Assembly: GCA_020250175.1 (NCBI GenBank)
Contig: JADCEN010000001.1
Location: 10,996-74,995, forward strand
Direction: 5' to 3'
Origin: Rhodobacter sp.
Lineage (GTDB): Bacteria; Pseudomonadota; Alphaproteobacteria; Rhodobacterales; Rhodobacteraceae
Length of the DNA: 64,000 nucleotides
Position numbers and translations under genes: made by a program. Below the pieces are notes generated by a model. It was not told the DNA's origin, did not search any database, and saw only the letters and a list, made by a program, of their open reading frames with translations. Below, piece by piece: positions 55,784-64,000 of the stretch; the stretch's first letter is position 1, and the number at the start of each line of letters is the position of its first letter.

Positions 55784-56703
55784 CAGACCACCTTCAGGGG
55801 TGGCAGGATCTGCGTGATCCGCTCGCGCATCGCCTCGTATTTCGGCGGCAGCTTCAGCGCCTGGCCAAGGGTCGCAACCGGCTCGTCCACGGCAAAGCCC
55901 GGCGGATCGGTGGCGATTTCAAACAGTACGCCGCCCGGTTCGCGGAAGTAGATCGCGTTGAAATACTGGCGGTCGATCACCGGGGTGGTCGGATGACCGT
56001 GGGCCGCCAGCAGCTCTTGCCAGTCACGCTGTTCCATGTCGCTGCGGGCACGCAAGGCGACGTGATGGATGGTGCCCGCACCGGGGCGCGCCGTGGCCGG
56101 GGTGTCGGTGCGAATCACGTCAATGATGTTCCCGCGCTCGGACCCCGGTGCGACAAGGCGCAGCCGTTCGATGCCGCGATCCGTTTCCTGGCCCTGCGCG
56201 CGATAGCCGAAAACCTCGGTCAGAAGCCGCGCCGTCGGGTCGGGATCGCGTTCCCACAGGGTTACCGAATGAAAGCCGTCCAGCGGCGCATCGCCCGCGC
56301 GGTCTGTTTCCACCAGTTCCACCGGGGCACCATCGGCATCCCAAAGCGTGATCAGACGCTGGCCGAACCGTTCGTATGGGCCTTCGTAATCTTCGGCGTT
56401 CTGCGCAAGCCGGTCCGTCCAGGCCTGAAAACCGCCCTTCGGCACGGCATAGGCAAAGGCGCTGGCCATGCCCGGACCGGCACGGCCCGGAGCGGCGTCG
56501 GCGAAGGGAAAGAAGGTCAGGATCGTGCCGGGCGTGCCGACATCGTCGCCATAATACAGATGATAGGTGTCGGGCGCATCGAAGTTGACGGTCTTTTTCA
56601 CCAGACGCTGGCGCAACGTGCCAGTGTAGAAATCGACATTGGCCTGCGCCGGGCCGGAAATGGCGGTGACATGGTGAATGCCGGGGATCACGGGTCTTGT
56701 CAT
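55783..56703 (-). CDS. Ring-cleaving dioxygenase (VOC/glyoxalase superfamily, MhqE/MhqO-like)
   Basis: IPGIHHVTAISG...YHLYYGD... repeated VOC modules, then ...IHHVALR...YFREPGGVLFEIATD. ATG at 56703 follows GGAGGA. Confidence 0.8.
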   Translation of the reverse strand: MTRPVIPGIHHVTAISGPAQANVDFYTGTLRQRLVKKTVNFDAPDTYHLYYGDDVGTPGTILTFFPFADAAPGRAGPGMASAFAYAVPKGGFQAWTDRLAQNAEDYEGPYERFGQRLITLWDADGAPVELVETDRAGDAPLDGFHSVTLWERDPDPTARLLTEVFGYRAQGQETDRGIERLRLVAPGSERGNIIDVIRTDTPATARPGAGTIHHVALRARSDMEQRDWQELLAAHGHPTTPVIDRQYFNAIYFREPGGVLFEIATDPPGFAVDEPVATLGQALKLPPKYEAMRERITQILPPLKVV

Positions 56704-56819
56704 GCTGTCCTCCAACAGGCCGCAGCCGGTGCGGCCTTGCGCAGAAGATGGGGCAGACAGGCACCGCTGTCACCCCTGCAGCGCTGCACCTTTTCTGTGC
56801 TAGGCCGCGCTTCGGCGCA

Positions 56820-56859
56820 CCGTCACATATCTGTTACAAAATCGTCGCATACCTGTCGC
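56820..56859 (+). promoter_or_regulatory. Tandem Pho boxes: CCGTCAC-ATAT-CTGTTAC-AAAA-TCGTCGC-ATAC-CTGTCGC
   Basis: Four 7-bp PhoB half-sites in strict 11-bp phase, 65-104 nt upstream of the pstS ATG. Confidence 0.65.
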
Positions 56860-56923
56860 CGGACTGGCCTAGGGGAAAGGGTGCGGGCCCATAGGCCGGC
56901 GCATGCATTCACAGGAGATCCCC

Positions 56924-57979
56924 ATGAAATCCGTCAAACTCGGCGCATCGATCGTTGCGATGGCCGCCGTGGCCGCCACGGCCGGGTACGCGCGCGACAA
57001 CATTCAGACCGCCGGTTCTTCCACCGTTCTGCCCTATGCTACGATCGTGGCCGAAGCTTTCGGCGAGAATTTCAGCTTCAAGACCCCCGTCGTCGAAGGC
57101 GGCGGTTCGGGTGCCGGTCGCAAGAAGCTGTGCGAAGGCGTGGGCGAGAACACCATCGACATCGCCAACTCTTCCAGCCGCATCACCCAGAGCGATATCG
57201 ACACCTGCGCCAAGAACGGCGTGACCGAGATCATGGAAGTCCGCTTCGGCTATGACGGCATCGTCTTTGCTTCCGACATCGCCGGCCCGTCCTATGCCTT
57301 TACCCCGCTTGACTGGTTCAACGCCATCGGTGCGCAGGTCGTCAAGGACGGCGCGCTGGCTGCCAATACCAACAAGACCTGGGATCAGGTCGCAGGCACG
57401 CTCGGCACCAAGCCGATCATGGCCTTCATCCCCGGCACCAAGCACGGCACCCGCGAAGTCTTCGATACCAAGGTGATCGAGGCCGGCTGCAAAGAGGCCG
57501 GTGCCTATGACCTCTACTTCGCCGCTTCGACCGGCGCGGACGAGGCTGCCAAGAAAGCCGATGCCGTGAAGGGCTGCCATGCGATCCGCACCGACGGCGT
57601 GGCTGTGGACATTGATGGCGACTACACCGAAACCCTGTCGCGCATCGCCGCGAACAAGGACGCCATCGGCGTGTTCGGTCTGTCCTTCTACCAGAACAAC
57701 ACCGACAAGCTGCAGGTCGCCACGATGAACGGTGTGGTCCCTTCGGCGGAAACCATCGCCAAGGGTGAGTATCCTGTGTCCCGCCCGCTTTTCTTCTATG
57801 TCAAGAAGGCGCATCTGGGCGTGATCCCCGGTCTGCAGGAATACATCGACTTCTTTGTGTCCGATGACATCGCCGGTCCGAACGGCCCGCTGGCGGCCTA
57901 TGGTCTGGTCTCTGACCCGGAACTTGCTGCGACGCAGGCGGCCGTTGCCGCAGGCACGCCGATGGGCCCGCTGAAGTAA
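56924..57979 (+). CDS. pstS: Phosphate ABC transporter substrate-binding protein
   Basis: Signal peptide, then ...IQTAGSSTVLPY...GGGSGAG... AGGAGA Shine-Dalgarno sequence. First gene of pstSCAB-phoU-phoB. Confidence 0.9.
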   Translation: MKSVKLGASIVAMAAVAATAGYARDNIQTAGSSTVLPYATIVAEAFGENFSFKTPVVEGGGSGAGRKKLCEGVGENTIDIANSSSRITQSDIDTCAKNGVTEIMEVRFGYDGIVFASDIAGPSYAFTPLDWFNAIGAQVVKDGALAANTNKTWDQVAGTLGTKPIMAFIPGTKHGTREVFDTKVIEAGCKEAGAYDLYFAASTGADEAAKKADAVKGCHAIRTDGVAVDIDGDYTETLSRIAANKDAIGVFGLSFYQNNTDKLQVATMNGVVPSAETIAKGEYPVSRPLFFYVKKAHLGVIPGLQEYIDFFVSDDIAGPNGPLAAYGLVSDPELAATQAAVAAGTPMGPLK

Positions 57980-57988
57980 AGCGTCAAT

Positions 57989-58013
57989 CGGGTGGCGCGG
58001 CGCGCGCCACCCG
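57989..58013 (+). other. GC hairpin after pstS (possible attenuator)
   Basis: CGGGTGGCGC-GGCGC-GCGCCACCCG, followed by GACCTTTCC (weak U-tract). Confidence 0.4.
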
Positions 58014-58034
58014 ACCTTTCCGGATGGATTTGCC

Positions 58035-59495
58035 ATGAGCGTCAGCCTGATCTCCCTGATCGTCGTCATCCTTGCGGTTGCGGGATTCATTCTGGCACGG
58101 CGGCGGGCGCTGGCCCATTCTGGCGGAGATGCGCGCAAGCTGCATTCCCTGCCACAGTATCACGGCATGACAGGGGTGCTTTTCACTGTCGTTCCCGCCT
58201 TCCTGGTGATGATCCTGTGGCTGCTGGTGCAGCCCATCGTGTTCGAGAACCGGATCACGGCGATGATCCCCGAGGCGACGGCTGCCGACGATGCGACGCG
58301 CACATTGGTGATGGCCGATGTCCGGCGACTGGCGGCGGGTCTGGATCAGGCGGTGTCGCAGGGCAAACTCCGGGAAGCCGATATCGAGGGGATGCGCGCC
58401 GACCTGACGGATGTGCGCGGCAGGCTGGCCGAGGTTGGCGTGGCGCTTGGCTCGAACGTGCAGCAAAGCGTGTTTCAGGCCGCAAAGGCCTATCGCCTGA
58501 TCAGGAATACCTCCAGCCTGTTGATGACGGGCGTCGTGCTGGCTACGGCGGTCGCCGGTTTCTTTTATGCGATGTCGCGCATTTCGGTCGATTACCGGGC
58601 GCGCAATGTCTCGGAACGGTTCATGATCGGCTTGCTGGCGCTGGCGTCGCTGGTGGCGGTTCTGACAACGTTCGGCATCGTCTTTTCGCTGGTCTTCGAG
58701 ACATGGCATTTCTTCACGCTCTACCCGCCGTTCGACTTTTTCTTCGGCACGGTCTGGAGCCCGCGCTTCGGCGGCGGGTCGACACTGGGCATCCTGCCGC
58801 TGATCTGGGGCACGCTTTACGTCTCGTTCATCGCCTTGCTGGTGGCGGTGCCGATCGGGTTGATGTCGGCGATCTATCTGTCGGAATATGCCTCGAAGCG
58901 GGTGCGGACGGTGGTCAAGCCGCTGATCGAAATCCTGGCGGGTATCCCGACCATCGTCTACGGCCTTTTCGCGCTGATCACAGTCGGGCCGTTGCTGCGG
59001 GACTATTTTGCGATGCCTTTGGGCTTGGGCAACAGTTCATCCTCGGTGATGACCGCCGGTTTGGTCATGGGGATCATGGTGATCCCCTTCGTTTCGTCTC
59101 TGTCCGATGACATCATCAATGCTGTGCCGCAAAGCATGCGCGACGGCTCGCTTGCCGTCGGAGCAACGCAGTCAGAAACGATCCGCAAGGTGGTGCTGCC
59201 CGCCGCCCTGCCGGGCGTGGTAGGCGCAATCCTGCTGGCCGCAAGCCGGGCCATAGGCGAAACCATGATCGTGGTGCTGGGGGCGGGTGCCGCCGCCAAG
59301 TTGAGCCTGAACCCCTTCGAGGCGATGACGACGATCACCGTGAAAATCGTCAGCCAGCTGACCGGCGATACGGAATTCGCCTCGGCGGAAACGCTGGTGG
59401 CCTTTGCGCTTGGCCTGTCGCTGTTCGTCATCACGCTGTGCCTGAATGTCTTCGCCCTTTACATCGTCCGAAAGTACCGGGAGCAGTACGAATGA
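58035..59495 (+). CDS. pstC: Phosphate ABC transporter permease PstC (long form with a ~170-aa N-terminal extension)
   Basis: C-terminal core ...GILPLIWGTLYVS...EILAGIPTIVYG...AVGATQSETI... 486 aa. Confidence 0.9.
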   Translation: MSVSLISLIVVILAVAGFILARRRALAHSGGDARKLHSLPQYHGMTGVLFTVVPAFLVMILWLLVQPIVFENRITAMIPEATAADDATRTLVMADVRRLAAGLDQAVSQGKLREADIEGMRADLTDVRGRLAEVGVALGSNVQQSVFQAAKAYRLIRNTSSLLMTGVVLATAVAGFFYAMSRISVDYRARNVSERFMIGLLALASLVAVLTTFGIVFSLVFETWHFFTLYPPFDFFFGTVWSPRFGGGSTLGILPLIWGTLYVSFIALLVAVPIGLMSAIYLSEYASKRVRTVVKPLIEILAGIPTIVYGLFALITVGPLLRDYFAMPLGLGNSSSSVMTAGLVMGIMVIPFVSSLSDDIINAVPQSMRDGSLAVGATQSETIRKVVLPAALPGVVGAILLAASRAIGETMIVVLGAGAAAKLSLNPFEAMTTITVKIVSQLTGDTEFASAETLVAFALGLSLFVITLCLNVFALYIVRKYREQYE

Positions 59496-60850
59496 CCGAC
59501 ATCATGGGTTCCGCCCCAGTCCCGGCCTCCAGGGCGCGCCGCAGTTCGCTTATGGCGCAGGACGCGCTGTCCAAACGGCGCAATGCGGCTGAGGCACGGT
59601 TCAAGATCTACGGCATTGTGGCCATCGTGATCGCGATGCTGGCGCTTGTCTGGCTTTTGATCTCGATCTTCAGCGTCGGCCTGCCTTCGTTCCGCCAGAC
59701 CTTCCTGACCATGCCGATCGAACTGCCCGCAGACAAGCTGGACAAGTCGGGCGTGCGCGACGTTGCGGTTATGAGCAAGGTCACGACTGTTGGCTATGCC
59801 GCCGTGATCCAGGCGGCACTGGAGAAGGCGATAAAGGAGAAGGGCATCGATGTAGGCACCATGACGCCAAAGGACATTGCCGGGGTGATCTCGCTGGAAG
59901 CCCCCGCGCAGTTGCGCAACTATGTGCTGGCCAATCCCGAGCTTGTGGGCACCACCATCGACTTTGAAGTGCTGGCCAACGGGCGGATCGACGGTTTCTT
60001 CAAGGGCCGCGTGACGATGGAAAGCGCACAGCTTGATTCGAACGTGAAGCCCGAGCAGCTTGTCCTGGCCGAAAAGCTGACCGAAGCGGGCATCATGGCC
60101 AAGCGGTTCAACTGGGGCTTCATCACCGCGCCCGATGCATCGGACCAGCGGCCCGAAGCGGCCGGTCTTGGCGTGGCCATCATCGGATCGTTCTACATGA
60201 TGATCGTGGTGCTGGTGCTGTCGCTGCCGATCGGCGTTGCGGCATCGGTGTACCTGGAAGAGTTTGCGCCGAAGAACCGCTGGACCGACCTGATCGAGGT
60301 GAACATCGCGAACCTCGCGGCTGTACCTTCTATCGTCTTCGGGATCCTGGGCCTTGCGGTCTTCATCAACTTTGCCGGCCTGCCGCAATCGGCCCCGATC
60401 GTCGGCGGTCTGGTGCTGACGCTGATGACCCTGCCCCGGATCATCATTCCGGCGCGGGCCGCGTTGAAATCCGTGCCGCCGTCGATCCGCGACGCGGCTC
60501 TGGGCGTGGGCGCGTCCAAGCTGCAATCGGTGTTCCACCATGTGTTGCCGCTGGCCGCACCGGGCATCCTGACCGGCATGATCATCGGGCTGGCACAGGC
60601 GCTGGGCGAAACGGCGCCGCTGCTGCTGATCGGCATGGTCGCCTTTGTGCGCGACTATCCCGGCATGCCGCTTGACGGCTTTTTCAACCCCGCCTCGGCC
60701 CTGCCGGTGCAGGTCTTTTCCTGGACGACGCGCGGCGATCCGGGCTTTGTCGAGCGGGCTTCGGGAGCGATCATCGTGCTTCTGATCTTCCTGCTGATCA
60801 TGAACGCGGTCGCAATCATTCTGCGCCGCCGCTTTGAACGCCGCTGGTAA
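59492..60850 (+). CDS. pstA: Phosphate ABC transporter permease PstA (long form with a ~150-aa extracytoplasmic insert)
   Basis: ...VNIANLAAVPSIVFGILG...RDAALGVGASKLQ...LGETAPLLLIG... 452 aa. ATGA overlap with pstC. Confidence 0.9.
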   Translation: MTDIMGSAPVPASRARRSSLMAQDALSKRRNAAEARFKIYGIVAIVIAMLALVWLLISIFSVGLPSFRQTFLTMPIELPADKLDKSGVRDVAVMSKVTTVGYAAVIQAALEKAIKEKGIDVGTMTPKDIAGVISLEAPAQLRNYVLANPELVGTTIDFEVLANGRIDGFFKGRVTMESAQLDSNVKPEQLVLAEKLTEAGIMAKRFNWGFITAPDASDQRPEAAGLGVAIIGSFYMMIVVLVLSLPIGVAASVYLEEFAPKNRWTDLIEVNIANLAAVPSIVFGILGLAVFINFAGLPQSAPIVGGLVLTLMTLPRIIIPARAALKSVPPSIRDAALGVGASKLQSVFHHVLPLAAPGILTGMIIGLAQALGETAPLLLIGMVAFVRDYPGMPLDGFFNPASALPVQVFSWTTRGDPGFVERASGAIIVLLIFLLIMNAVAIILRRRFERRW

Positions 60851-60862
60851 GGGTCCCGAACC

Positions 60863-61660
60863 ATGAACGATATGAGAATAGCGGAGAGAGACGTGGACAG
60901 CATGGAAAGCAAGATCACGGCCCGCAAGGTTCAGGTCTTTTACGGGCAGAACCATGCGCTGAAGGATGTGGATGTCGATATCCTGGACAAGACCGTGACC
61001 GCATTTATCGGGCCGTCAGGCTGCGGCAAGTCCACCTTCCTACGCTGCCTGAACCGGATGAACGACACGATTGACGGATGCAGTGTAAAGGGTTCGATCA
61101 AGCTCGACTCCGAAGACATCTATGATCCGAAGGTGGACCCGGTGCAGCTGCGCGCCAAGGTCGGCATGGTGTTCCAAAAGCCCAATCCCTTTCCGAAATC
61201 GATCTACGACAATGTCGCCTACGGCCCCAAAATCCACGGCCTGACCCGCAACAAGGCAGAGCTGGACGAGGTTGTCGAAACCTCGCTGCGCAAGGCAGCC
61301 CTGTGGAACGAGGCGAAGGATCGCCTGCAGTCGCCGGGCACCGGCCTGTCGGGTGGCCAGCAGCAGCGCCTGTGCATCGCGCGCGCCATCGCCACCTCGC
61401 CCGAGGTTCTGCTGATGGACGAGCCCTGCTCGGCACTGGACCCCATCGCCACGGCACAGGTCGAAGAGTTGATTGATGAGCTGCGCAGCCAGTTTTCGGT
61501 GGTGATCGTCACCCATTCGATGCAGCAGGCCGCCCGCGTCAGCCAGCGCACCGCGTTCTTTCACCTGGGCAATCTTGTTGAGTACGGCGAAACGGGCCAG
61601 ATCTTCACCAATCCGAAGGACCCGCGGACAGAGTCCTACATCACCGGCCGGATCGGCTGA
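60863..61660 (+). CDS. pstB: Phosphate ABC transporter ATP-binding protein
   Basis: [21 protein letters not shown]...[14 protein letters not shown]...[12 protein letters not shown]. Confidence 0.95.
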   Translation: MNDMRIAERDVDSMESKITARKVQVFYGQNHALKDVDVDILDKTVTAFIGPSGCGKSTFLRCLNRMNDTIDGCSVKGSIKLDSEDIYDPKVDPVQLRAKVGMVFQKPNPFPKSIYDNVAYGPKIHGLTRNKAELDEVVETSLRKAALWNEAKDRLQSPGTGLSGGQQQRLCIARAIATSPEVLLMDEPCSALDPIATAQVEELIDELRSQFSVVIVTHSMQQAARVSQRTAFFHLGNLVEYGETGQIFTNPKDPRTESYITGRIG

Positions 61661-61671
61661 GGGAGAGTCTG

Positions 61672-62391
61672 ATGCAATCCGAAAAGCACATCGCTTCGGC
61701 GTTCGACCGCGATCTGGAAGCGATCCAGGCGATGATCATGAAGATGGGCGGGCTGGTGGAGGCGGCCATCCTCGATGCCGCCCAGGCGCTGGAAAGCCGG
61801 GATGAGGAGTTGGCCGAACGTGTCCGCGCCGCAGACAGGGCGGTGGATGCGCTGGAAGACCAGATCAACACCGAAGCCGCCCGGCTCATCGCGCTGAGGG
61901 CCCCGACGGCTGGTGACCTGCGAACGGCGCTGACGGTGATCAAGATTGCCGCCAGTCTGGAGCGCTGCGGCGACTATGCCAAGAACCTTGCAAAGCGGTC
62001 CACGGTGCTGGCCCAAATGTCGCCCATCGGCGATACGGCGGGCGGCATCAGGCGCATGGCAAAGGCGGTGGAGCTGCTGCTGAAAGATGCGCTGGATGCC
62101 TATATCCACCGCGACATCGAACTGGCCGAAGATGTGCGTCGGCGTGACCGTGAGGTTGACCAGATGTACAACTCGCTGTTCCGGGTGTTTCTGACCCATA
62201 TGCTGGAAGACCCGCGCAACATCACCGCCTGCATGCATCTGCATTTCATCGCCAAGAACATCGAGCGCATGGGCGACCATGCCACCGGGATCGCCGAACA
62301 GGTGATCTACCTGGTGAACGGGGCGATGCCGGAAGAGCCGCGCGTGAAGGGCGATATCACATCCGTCACCCTGCTGGATGGAAGCCAGTGA
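61672..62391 (+). CDS. phoU: Phosphate signalling complex protein PhoU
   Basis: Two PhoU repeats (...ERCGDYAKNLAKR... and ...ERMGDHATGIAEQ...). 239 aa. Confidence 0.95.
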   Translation: MQSEKHIASAFDRDLEAIQAMIMKMGGLVEAAILDAAQALESRDEELAERVRAADRAVDALEDQINTEAARLIALRAPTAGDLRTALTVIKIAASLERCGDYAKNLAKRSTVLAQMSPIGDTAGGIRRMAKAVELLLKDALDAYIHRDIELAEDVRRRDREVDQMYNSLFRVFLTHMLEDPRNITACMHLHFIAKNIERMGDHATGIAEQVIYLVNGAMPEEPRVKGDITSVTLLDGSQ

Positions 62392-63083
62392 TGGCACCCG
62401 CCGATCAGCCTTGTGTTCTTCTGGTCGAAGATGAACCGGCCCAGCGCGAAGTCCTGTCCTACAATTTCGAGGCAGAGGGTTTTCGTGTGACGCAGGCCAG
62501 CAATGGCGAAGAAGCTCTGATGCTGATCGAAGAAGCCGCTCCGGATGTCATCGTGCTGGACTGGATGCTTCCCAATGTCTCGGGGATCGAGGTCTGTCGC
62601 AGGCTGAAGATGCGCCCCGAAACCCGGGGCGTTCCGATCATCATGCTGTCGGCGCGGTCCGAAGAAGTGGACCGGGTGCGCGGGCTGGAGACTGGCGCAG
62701 ACGATTACATGATCAAGCCCTATTCGCTTGTCGAACTGGTCGCGCGGGTGCGCACCCAGTTGCGGCGGACCCGGCCTTCGGTGGTGGGGCTGGTTCTGAC
62801 CTATGACGACATCCGTCTGGATTCGGAATCCCACCGGGTCTATCGCGGTGACAAGGTGCTGAAACTGGGTCCGACCGAGTTCCGCCTGCTGACAACCTTC
62901 ATGGAAAAGCCGGGCCGGGTCTGGAGCCGGGAACAACTGCTGGACCGGGTCTGGGGCCGCGACATTTATGTAGATACGCGCACCGTGGACGTGCATATCG
63001 GCCGTCTGCGCAAAGCCCTGTGTGCCTTTGGCGGCGATGATCCGCTGCGCACGGTGCGCGGTGCGGGCTATGCGCTGGGCTGA
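62391..63083 (+). CDS. phoB: Phosphate regulon response regulator
   Basis: Receiver domain (VLLVEDE...DVIVLDWMLP...) plus an OmpR-type winged helix (LGPTEFRLL...VDVHIGRLRKAL). Immediately follows phoU. Confidence 0.95.
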   Translation: MAPADQPCVLLVEDEPAQREVLSYNFEAEGFRVTQASNGEEALMLIEEAAPDVIVLDWMLPNVSGIEVCRRLKMRPETRGVPIIMLSARSEEVDRVRGLETGADDYMIKPYSLVELVARVRTQLRRTRPSVVGLVLTYDDIRLDSESHRVYRGDKVLKLGPTEFRLLTTFMEKPGRVWSREQLLDRVWGRDIYVDTRTVDVHIGRLRKALCAFGGDDPLRTVRGAGYALG

Positions 63084-63787
63084 GCCGGGTTCGACGGGGG
63101 CACCTCTGGCCGGATTTCGGCCAATGCGCCGGTCGGAAAGCTGTGTGTCAGCTTCTGTGCCAGATCCAGGCTGAACCGCGCGATCAGCGCATTTCCCAGC
63201 GCCCGGTTGCGCCGGCTGAGCTTGCGCAGGTCCGCCACCGACCAGGCCATATAGTCGGTGCCAGGCGGCAGGGTGACCGTGGCAGTGGCCGCGCTGCCGC
63301 TCAGATAGGCAATCTCGCCCGCAAAGGCAGGGTTGTCGACTTTTGCCAGGAAATCTGCCTTTTTCAGCTCGAACCCGGCGCTTTCGATATAGTAAAGGGT
63401 CGTCGGCACCTCTCCTTCCGTCAGGATTTCGGTCCGCCCGGTGGTGGTGTGGAACCGCCCCACGCGCTTGAGCTTGCGGAACTGGCCGGGCGTAAAGGTG
63501 TCAAAGGCTGCAAACAGCCGCTTCTCGCGGTCGCTCATGGCCAGGGTGGTGCGTTCCAGGATCAGGACCACCACAATGCCCAGATTGATGGAAATCAGGA
63601 TCAGGCTGGAGATGACCGGGGGCAGGATCGGAACGGGCTGCAACGCATAGAAGAACACATCGCAAATGATGCCCGCCGTCACCAGCAGACGCAGCAGCAG
63701 CTCATCGCGCACAAAAAACCCAAGCCCCTTCAACAGAAGGCTGATGACAACAAGGCTTTCCAGCCGGAACAGCGACTCGATCTGCAT
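63068..63787 (-). CDS. Membrane protein with three N-terminal TM helices and a cyclic-nucleotide-binding-like domain
   Basis: Hydrophobic N-terminus (LVVISLLLKGLGFF..., ILPPVISSLILISINLGIVVVLIL), then a cNMP-like beta-roll ...FAGEIAYLSG.... Its 3' end overlaps phoB by 16 nt. Confidence 0.65.
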   Translation of the reverse strand: MQIESLFRLESLVVISLLLKGLGFFVRDELLLRLLVTAGIICDVFFYALQPVPILPPVISSLILISINLGIVVVLILERTTLAMSDREKRLFAAFDTFTPGQFRKLKRVGRFHTTTGRTEILTEGEVPTTLYYIESAGFELKKADFLAKVDNPAFAGEIAYLSGSAATATVTLPPGTDYMAWSVADLRKLSRRNRALGNALIARFSLDLAQKLTHSFPTGALAEIRPEVPPSNPAQPSA

Positions 63788-64000
63788 GTGTTACCCAAAT
63801 TGCGCAACCTGCATGGCCCATAGCATTTCACCGGACCTGCGCCAGTGTGAACGCGACAAGACGCGATACTATACGTTCCGGCCGCAGCGACCGGAAGACA
63901 ATCTTCGATCTGCCAAGGCCCCGCGCGGCGATTGCGCCTGATCCCCGGGCTGACTAGGGTGCCGCGCAAGGCCAGGCAGGAGTGTGTTGATGGCAAAGCG

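Noticed and set aside
63990-64000. ATG preceded by GGAG at the very end of the window (possible start of the next gene).
   Set aside because: Only 11 nt are visible, so it cannot be evaluated.
1-64000. Looked for CRISPR arrays, tRNA T-loop/anticodon-arm patterns, rRNA, and long direct or tandem repeats.
   Set aside because: None were seen by eye. The only repeats found are the short operator-like motifs, the Pho boxes and the hairpins listed above. A tRNAscan/Rfam run would be the decisive check.

Overview
High-GC alphaproteobacterial chromosomal segment. The gene content and the long PstC/PstA forms suggest Rhodobacterales/Paracoccaceae; composition was judged by eye, not computed. It is almost entirely metabolic and transport DNA in long, translationally coupled operons.

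Layout from left to right:
- (1) 0.2-10.1 kb, minus strand. A nine-gene operon joins ketone-body/PHB genes (hbd, bdhA, scoAB) to ackA, a MaoC-Pta fusion, a DUF3141 protein and a fabI that carries an in-frame stop.
- (2) 10.4-23.7 kb. A hexuronate / oxidative deoxy-sugar region: uxuA, a GntR regulator, a frameshifted SDR, a mutarotase, a decayed lactonase, a uxuB-like gene, a ribose-type ABC transporter, an enolase-superfamily dehydratase and a Zn-ADH.
- (3) 24.2-35.3 kb. A divergon with an uncharacterised six-gene operon (cupin-type PGI, Eda aldolase, shikimate-DH-like, 2-hydroxyacid DH, MBL hydrolase, RpiR) facing a CUT1 ABC transporter plus an FGGY kinase.
- (4) 35.3-36.4 kb. About 1 kb of non-coding debris that includes an IS110-type transposase remnant.
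- (5) 36.4-40.3 kb. A Tat-signal SDR, an outer-membrane beta-barrel, an HTH regulator and a zinc-ribbon protein.
- (6) 40.7-45.1 kb. Creatinase, a secreted phytase-like protein with a Pho box, and an L,D-transpeptidase lipoprotein.
- (7) 45.7-55.0 kb. A LacI-controlled operon: SBP, an orphan 6-phospho-3-hexuloisomerase-like SIS protein, ABC components, a ketose 3-epimerase-like protein, an FGGY kinase and a class II aldolase.
- (8) 55.0-56.7 kb. An IS3 scar followed by a dioxygenase/carboxylesterase pair.
- (9) 56.8-63.1 kb. pstSCAB-phoU-phoB with tandem Pho boxes, then a convergent cNMP-domain membrane protein.

I found no rRNA, tRNA or CRISPR. Gene decay is conspicuous: one nonsense mutation, one frameshifted gene, one internally deleted gene, one SBP remnant and two IS scars. 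The many long ORFs antisense to real genes are high-GC artefacts.

The candidates I think most worth follow-up are the cupin-PGI/Eda/MBL operon with its twin palindromic operators, the DUF3141-Pta-AckA module embedded in PHB genes, the Tat-exported SDR with its porin, and the orphan-PHI rare-sugar operon.
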